Part shown: positions 58,413-64,000 of the stretch, piece after piece
Position numbering within the stretch: the stretch's first letter is position 1
Layout: every line of letters starts with the position of its first letter
Origin: Macrostomum lignano
Taxonomy: Eukaryota
Reading direction: 5' to 3'
Assembly (NCBI GenBank): GCA_002269645.1
Contig: NIVC01000684.1
Location: forward strand, 310,001 to 374,000
Length of the DNA stretch: 64,000 bases
Made by a program: the position numbers and the translations under genes
Notes under the pieces: generated by a model
Told to the model about the DNA's origin: nothing
Database searches by the model: none
Seen by the model: the letters and a program-made list of their open reading frames with translations, nothing else

Positions 58413-60436
58413 GACTGACTGTCTGTATGTCTGTCTGTCTGACTGTCTGTCTGTATGTCTGTCTGTCTGTCTGTATGTCTGTCTGTCTGTCTGTCTGTAT
58501 GTCTGTCTGTATGTCTGTCTGTTTGTCTGTCTGTCTGTATGTCTGTCTGTATGTCTGTCTGTCTGTCTGTCTGTCTGTATGTCTGTCTGTCTGTTTGTCT
58601 GTCTGTATGTCTGTCTGTCTGACTGTCTGTCTGTATGTCTGTCTGACTGTCTGTCTGTATGTCTGTCTGTCTGTCTGTCTGTATGTCTGCCTGTCTGTCT
58701 GTCCCTCCCTGTCCGAGCAAAACCATTCAACAATCCCCATGCCGCATCATCCCAATTCGCCACTCTGCAGTCCGCCGCTGGCAGCCCGTCTGACCGACCG
58801 CTGCATCAACATCGCTTTGCCGACGGTGCCTGGCGTCGCAGAACCGGCGGCAGCAGCCACCAAGGCGGCAACGACGATCGCGAACTGTTTGTCGGCAATT
58901 TAGCCGCCGAAGTGACTAACGAAGATTTAGTTCGAATATTTTCTGAATTCGGTCCGCTGAAATCTGTCGGCATCGCCAAAGATTCCACTAGCGGAGCCTG
59001 CAAAGGCTTCGGGTTTCTCTGCTTTCAGCAGCCTGAATTGGCCGAAACTGTGCTAGAAAGTCCTCGACTGTTCACCCTCTACGGCCGGGTGCTCAGGGTT
59101 GACTGGCGGCTTAAGAATCCCGGTCACCATGGCAACCATACTAATAGGCGATTATCTTCATCTTCGGGTTGCATTGGCTCGCCTAGGCAGTATAATTATC
59201 AGCAGGTGCAGCTCGGCGCCAACTTGGCTAATACTGATGATGCTTCTGTACTGCCATCTGTTGATGATGATGAAGCCGCTAACGGAGGCTGCGGCCTAAA
59301 CGGCGACTGTCAGCTGTTTGTCGGCAATTTAGCTTCGGATGTTACCCAAGGCGATCTGCGTCAATATTTTCGACGCTGGGGCGAATTGCTTTATTGCTAC
59401 GTGATTCGCGATGAAGATGGCCAGTCCAAGAGATACGGATTCATTACGTTTAAGGTTTGGCTTTTCAGATTGAGGATTGGCTGTTTTTTAGGGTAGTTTT
59501 TTAAGGGATTGAATCTCATAGGATGAGATCTTCAACCTAATCTCAGGGGTAAGATTGTCCGCATGTCATCTCAGGGGTGAGATTGTGAGATGTCATCTCA
59601 GGGATGAGATTGTCAGAATTTCATCTCAGGGGTGAGATTGTCAGCATGTCATCTCAGGGGTGAGATTGTGAGATGTCATCTCAGGGATGAAATTGTCAGA
59701 ATGTCATCTCAGGGGTGAGATTGTGAGATGTCATCTCAGGGGTGAGATTGTCAGCATGTCATCTCAGGGGTGAGATTGTCAGCATGTCATCTCATGGGTG
59801 AGATTGTCAGCATGTCATCTCAGGGGTTAGATTATCAGAATGTCATCTGAGTGGTGAGATTGTCAGCATGCAGAGTTAGTCAGTGAATTTATTGACAAAG
59901 ATATCGTTCCCAATAAAATGCAGGACCCGAAAGTGGCCGAGCAGCTGATGCAGTCCCGATCGAGTCACGTGCTCAAAGGCAAGCGTTTGCGCTTCGAAAT
60001 GCCGAAACGCAGTCGCGAGGAAGCGTTCAGCCTCCGGCAGCAGGATGCTTCATCCTCGTCGGCGACTTCAACGCCGAAGACATCGCCGGGTGCTCCGACA
60101 ACTCCGGCTTCTACGAAGCTGTCTCAGCAGCAGGTTGTCTCGCCTGAGCAGAACCAGTCGGTCCCAGCCGGTCTAGAGCAGAGCTCATCTGATCAGCTGC
60201 CATTGTGGCTGCATCTGCGTTTAATGTCTGACAAGGAGCAGCTGATCCTGTGCCTGCGCAAAGAGCTCGGCTTGTGCGGCCTGTTGGCCGAGAGGCGAAT
60301 GCGTGAGATTAGCCAGGCCCGGGACCGGGAGGCCCAGCTGATGCGGGTCTACGTGCAGCAGTTGGAGGCTCAGGTCAAGGCTCAGACTGCCGAACTGGAG
60401 ACCCTGCGGCACCAGCTGGAGTGTCGGGGCGAACAG
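57395..60436 (+). CDS. RNA-binding protein with a low-complexity N-terminus, two RRMs and a predicted coiled coil; 3'-incomplete (692 aa in window)
   Basis: Exons 57395-58273, 58771-59454, 59924-60436, all phase 0. RRM1 LFVGNL..KGFGFLCF; RRM2 LFVGNL..KRYGFITF|KDPKVAEQL..LKGKRLRF; C-terminal ERRMREISQARDREAQLMRVYVQQLEAQVKAQTAELETLRHQLE; donor GTACTG at 60437. Confidence 0.88.
58325..58710. repeat. (TGTC)n microsatellite in intron 1 of the two-RRM gene
   Basis: TGTC/TGTA runs. Confidence 0.97.
59535..59870. repeat. About 28-bp minisatellite in intron 2 of the two-RRM gene
   Basis: Unit GTCATCTCAGGGGTGAGATTGTCAGCAT. Confidence 0.93.
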
Positions 60437-63400
60437 GTACTGTGTCTGTTTCTCACTGTGTCTGCTTCTCGCTGTGTCTGCTTCTCACTGTCTGCTTCTC
60501 ACTGTGTCTGCTTCTCACTGTCTGCTTCTCACTGTATCTGCTTCTCACTGTGTCTGCTTCTCGCTGTGTCTGCTTCTCACTGTGTCTGCTTCTCGCTGTG
60601 TCTGCTTCTCATTGTCTGCTTCTCACTGTCTACTTCTCGCTGTATCTGCTTCTCACTGTCTACTTCTCGCTGTATCTGCTTCTCACTGTCTACTTCTCGC
60701 TGTGTCTGCTTCTCACTGTGTCTGCTTCTCGCTGTGTCTGCTTCTCACTGTCTGCTTCTCACTGTATCTGCTTCTCACTGTGTCTGCTTCTCGCTGTGTC
60801 TGCTTCTCACTGTGTCTGCTTCTCACTGTATCTGCTTCTCACTGTGTCTGCTTCTCACTGTGTCTGCTTCTCACTGTCTACTTCTCGCTGTATCTGCTTC
60901 TCACTGTCTACTTCTCGCTGTATCTGCTTCTCACTGTCTACTTCTCGCTGTGTCTGCTTCTCACTGTCTACTTCTCGTTGTGTCTGCTTCTCACTGTCTA
61001 CTTCTCGCTGTGTCTACTTCTCACTCTGTCTGCTTCTCACTGTGTCTGATTCTCACTGTGTTTACTTCTCACTGTCTACTTCTCGCTGTGTCTGCTTCTC
61101 ACTGTCTACTTCTCGCTGTATCTGCTTCTCACTGTCTACTTCTCGCTGTGTCTGCTTCTCACTGTCAACTTCTCGTTGTGTCTGCTTCTCGCTGTGTCTG
61201 CTTCTCGCTGTGTCTGCTTCTCACTGTCTACTTCTCACTGTGTCTACTTCTCACTGTGTCTGCTTCTCACTGTGTCTGCTTCTCATTGTCTACTTCTCAC
61301 TGTGTCTGCTTCTCACTGTGTCTGCTTCTCACTGTGTCTGCGTCTCATTGTCTACTTCTCACTGTGTCTACTTCTCACTGTGTCTGCTTCTCACTGTGTC
61401 TGCTTCTCACTGTCTACTTCTCATTGTATCTACTTTTCACTGTGTCTGCTTCTCGCTGTGTCTGCTTCTCACTGTGTCTGCTTCTCGCTGTGTCTGCTTC
61501 TCGCTGTGTCTGCTTCTCACTGTGTCTGCTTCTCGCTGTGTCTGCTTCTCACTGTCTGCTTCTCACTGTATCTGCTTCTCACTGTGTCTGCTTCTCGCTG
61601 TGTCTGCTTCTCACTGTCTGCTTCTCACTGTATCTGCTTCTCACTGTGTCTGCTTCTCGCTGTGTCTGCTTCTCACTGTGTCTGCTTCTCGCTGTGTCTG
61701 CTTCTCACTGTCTACTTCTCGCTGTATCTGCTTCTCACTGTGTCTGCTTCTCACTGTGTCTGCTTCTCACTGTCTACTTCTCGCTGTATCTGCTTCTCAC
61801 TGTGTCTGCTTCTCGCTGTGTCTGCTTCTCACTGTCTACTTCTCGCTGTGTCTGCTTCTCGCTGTGTCTACTTCTCACTCTGTCTGCTTCTCACTGTCTA
61901 CTTCTCGCTGTATCTGCTTCTCACTGTGTCTGCTTCTCACTGTGTCTGCTTCTCGCTGTGTCTGCTCGCTGTGTCTACTTCTCACTCTGTCTGCTTCTCA
62001 CTGTGTCTGATTCTCACTGTGTTTACTTCTCACTGTCTAATTCTCGCTGTGTCTGCTTCTCACTGTCTACTTCTCGCTGTGTCTGCTTCTCACTGTCTAC
62101 TTCTCGCTGTATCTGCTTCTCACTGTCTACTTCTCGCTGTGTCTGCTTCTCACTGTCTACTTCTCGCTGTGTCTGCTTCTCACTGTCTACTTCTCGCTGT
62201 GTCTGCTTCTCGCTGTGTCTGCTTCTCGCTGTGTCTGCTTTTCACTGTGTCTACTTCTCACTGTGTCTACTTCTCACTGTGTCTGCTTCTCACTGTCTAC
62301 TTCTCGTTGTGTCTGCTTCTCACTGTCTACTTCTCGCTGTGTCTACTTCTCACTCTGTCTGCTTCTCACTGTGTCTGATTCTCACTGTGTTTACTTCTCA
62401 CTGTCTACTTCTCGCTGTGTCTGCTTCTCACTGTCTACTTCTCGCTGTATCTGCTTCTCACTGTCTACTTCTCGCTGTGTCTGCTTCTCACTGTCAACTT
62501 CTCGTTGTGTCTGCTTCTCGCTGTGTCTGCTTCTCGCTGTGTCTGCTTCTCACTGTCTACTTCTCACTGTGTCTACTTCTCACTGTGTCTGCTTCTCACT
62601 GTGTCTGCTTCTCATTGTCTACTTCTCACTGTGTCTGCTTCTCACTGTGTCTGCTTCTCACTGTGTCTGCGTCTCATTGTCTACTTCTCACTGTGTCTAC
62701 TTCTCACTGTGTCTGCTTCTCACTGTGTCTGCTTCTCACTGTCTACTTCTCATTGTATCTACTTTTCACTGTGTCTGCTTCTCGCTGTGTCTGCTTCTCA
62801 CTGTGTCTGCTTCTCGCTGTGTCTGCTTCTCGCTGTGTCTGCTTCTCACTGTGTCTGCTTCTCGCTGTGTCTGCTTCTCACTGTCTGCTTCTCACTGTAT
62901 CTGCTTCTCACTGTGTCTGCTTCTCGCTGTGTCTGCTTCTCACTGTCTGCTTCTCACTGTATCTGCTTCTCACTGTGTCTGCTTCTCGCTGTGTCTGCTT
63001 CTCACTGTGTCTGCTTCTCGCTGTGTCTGCTTCTCACTGTCTACTTCTCGCTGTATCTGCTTCTCACTGTGTCTGCTTCTCACTGTGTCTGCTTCTCACT
63101 GTCTACTTCTCGCTGTATCTGCTTCTCACTGTGTCTGCTTCTCGCTGTGTCTGCTTCTCACTGTCTACTTCTCGCTGTGTCTGCTTCTCGCTGTGTCTAC
63201 TTCTCACTCTGTCTGCTTCTCACTGTCTACTTCTCGCTGTATCTGCTTCTCACTGTGTCTGCTTCTCACTGTGTCTGCTTCTCGCTGTGTCTGCTCGCTG
63301 TGTCTACTTCTCACTCTGTCTGCTTCTCACTGTGTCTGATTCTCACTGTGTTTACTTCTCACTGTCTAATTCTCGCTGTGTCTGCTTCTCACTGTCTACT

Positions 63401-64000
63401 TCTCGCTGTGTCTGCTTCTCACTGTCTACTTCTCGCTGTATCTGCTTCTCACTGTCTACTTCTCGCTGTGTCTGCTTCTCACTGTCTACTTCTCGCTGTG
63501 TCTGCTTCTCACTGTCTACTTCTCGCTGTGTCTGCTTCTCGCTGTGTCTGCTTCTCGCTGTGTCTGCTTTTCACTGTGTCTACTTCTCACTGTGTCTACT
63601 TCTCACTGTGTCTGCTTCTCACTGTGTCTGCTTCTCATTGTCTACTTCTCACTGTGTCTGCTTCTCACTGTGTCTGCGTCTCATTGTCTACTTCTCACTG
63701 TGTCTTCTTCTCGCTGTGTCTACTTCTCACTGTGTCTGCTTCTCACTGTGTCTGCTTCTCACTGTCTACTTCTCATTGTATCTACTTTTCACTGTGTCTG
63801 CTTCTCGCTGTGTCTGCTTCTCACTGTCTACTTCTCGCTGTATCTGCTTCTCACTGTCTACTTCTCGCTGTGTCTGCTTCTCACTGTCTACTTCTCGCTG
63901 TGTCTGCTTCTCACTGTGTCTGCTTCTCGCTGTGTCTGCTTCTCACTGTCTGCTTCTCACTGTGTCTGCTTCTCACTGTCTGCTTCTCACTGTATCTGCT
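60437..64000. repeat. 14/16-bp intronic satellite with a 1329-bp higher-order duplication; runs off the window
   Basis: Units CTGCTTCTC(A/G)CTGTGT and CTACTTCTC(A/G)CTGT; rare variants recur at a fixed 1329-bp offset. Confidence 0.95.

Noticed and set aside
60421-63339. Cys/Leu-rich ORFs of up to 529 aa
   Set aside because: They begin at or after the donor at 60437 and simply translate the satellite.

Overview
Eukaryotic (metazoan) genomic DNA with GT-AG spliced genes; almost every intron and intergenic gap holds its own tandem repeat. This style suggests a free-living flatworm such as Macrostomum (inference, not verified). Six co-oriented + strand genes were reconstructed by reading splice sites and phases by eye: SMYD-family SET/MYND protein (828-5746), mitochondrial Lon protease (6383-16492), catalase (19032-28124), RNF216/TRIAD3-like RBR E3 ligase (30041-35089), an RRM + ankyrin + SOCS-box locus (52650-56395) and a 3'-incomplete two-RRM/coiled-coil gene (57395 onward). 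A seventh gene, for a signal peptide + single EGF + transmembrane protein, is nested antisense in catalase intron 3. Mobile DNA includes a solo LTR, a 743-bp P-element-like insertion with a THAP remnant, a decayed Mutator-like transposon, a decayed LINE, several MITEs, two tRNA-derived SINE families and a probable Helitron-like element. Best leads: (1) the RRM/ANK/SOCS locus, either a rare domain fusion or a splice switch between two unrelated proteins; (2) the same 32-bp minisatellite in opposite orientations around Lon exons 4-5; (3) the nested EGF-ligand-like gene. Most long ORFs in the supplied track are read-throughs of tandem repeats. All calls were made by eye without database searches; repeat boundaries are approximate.
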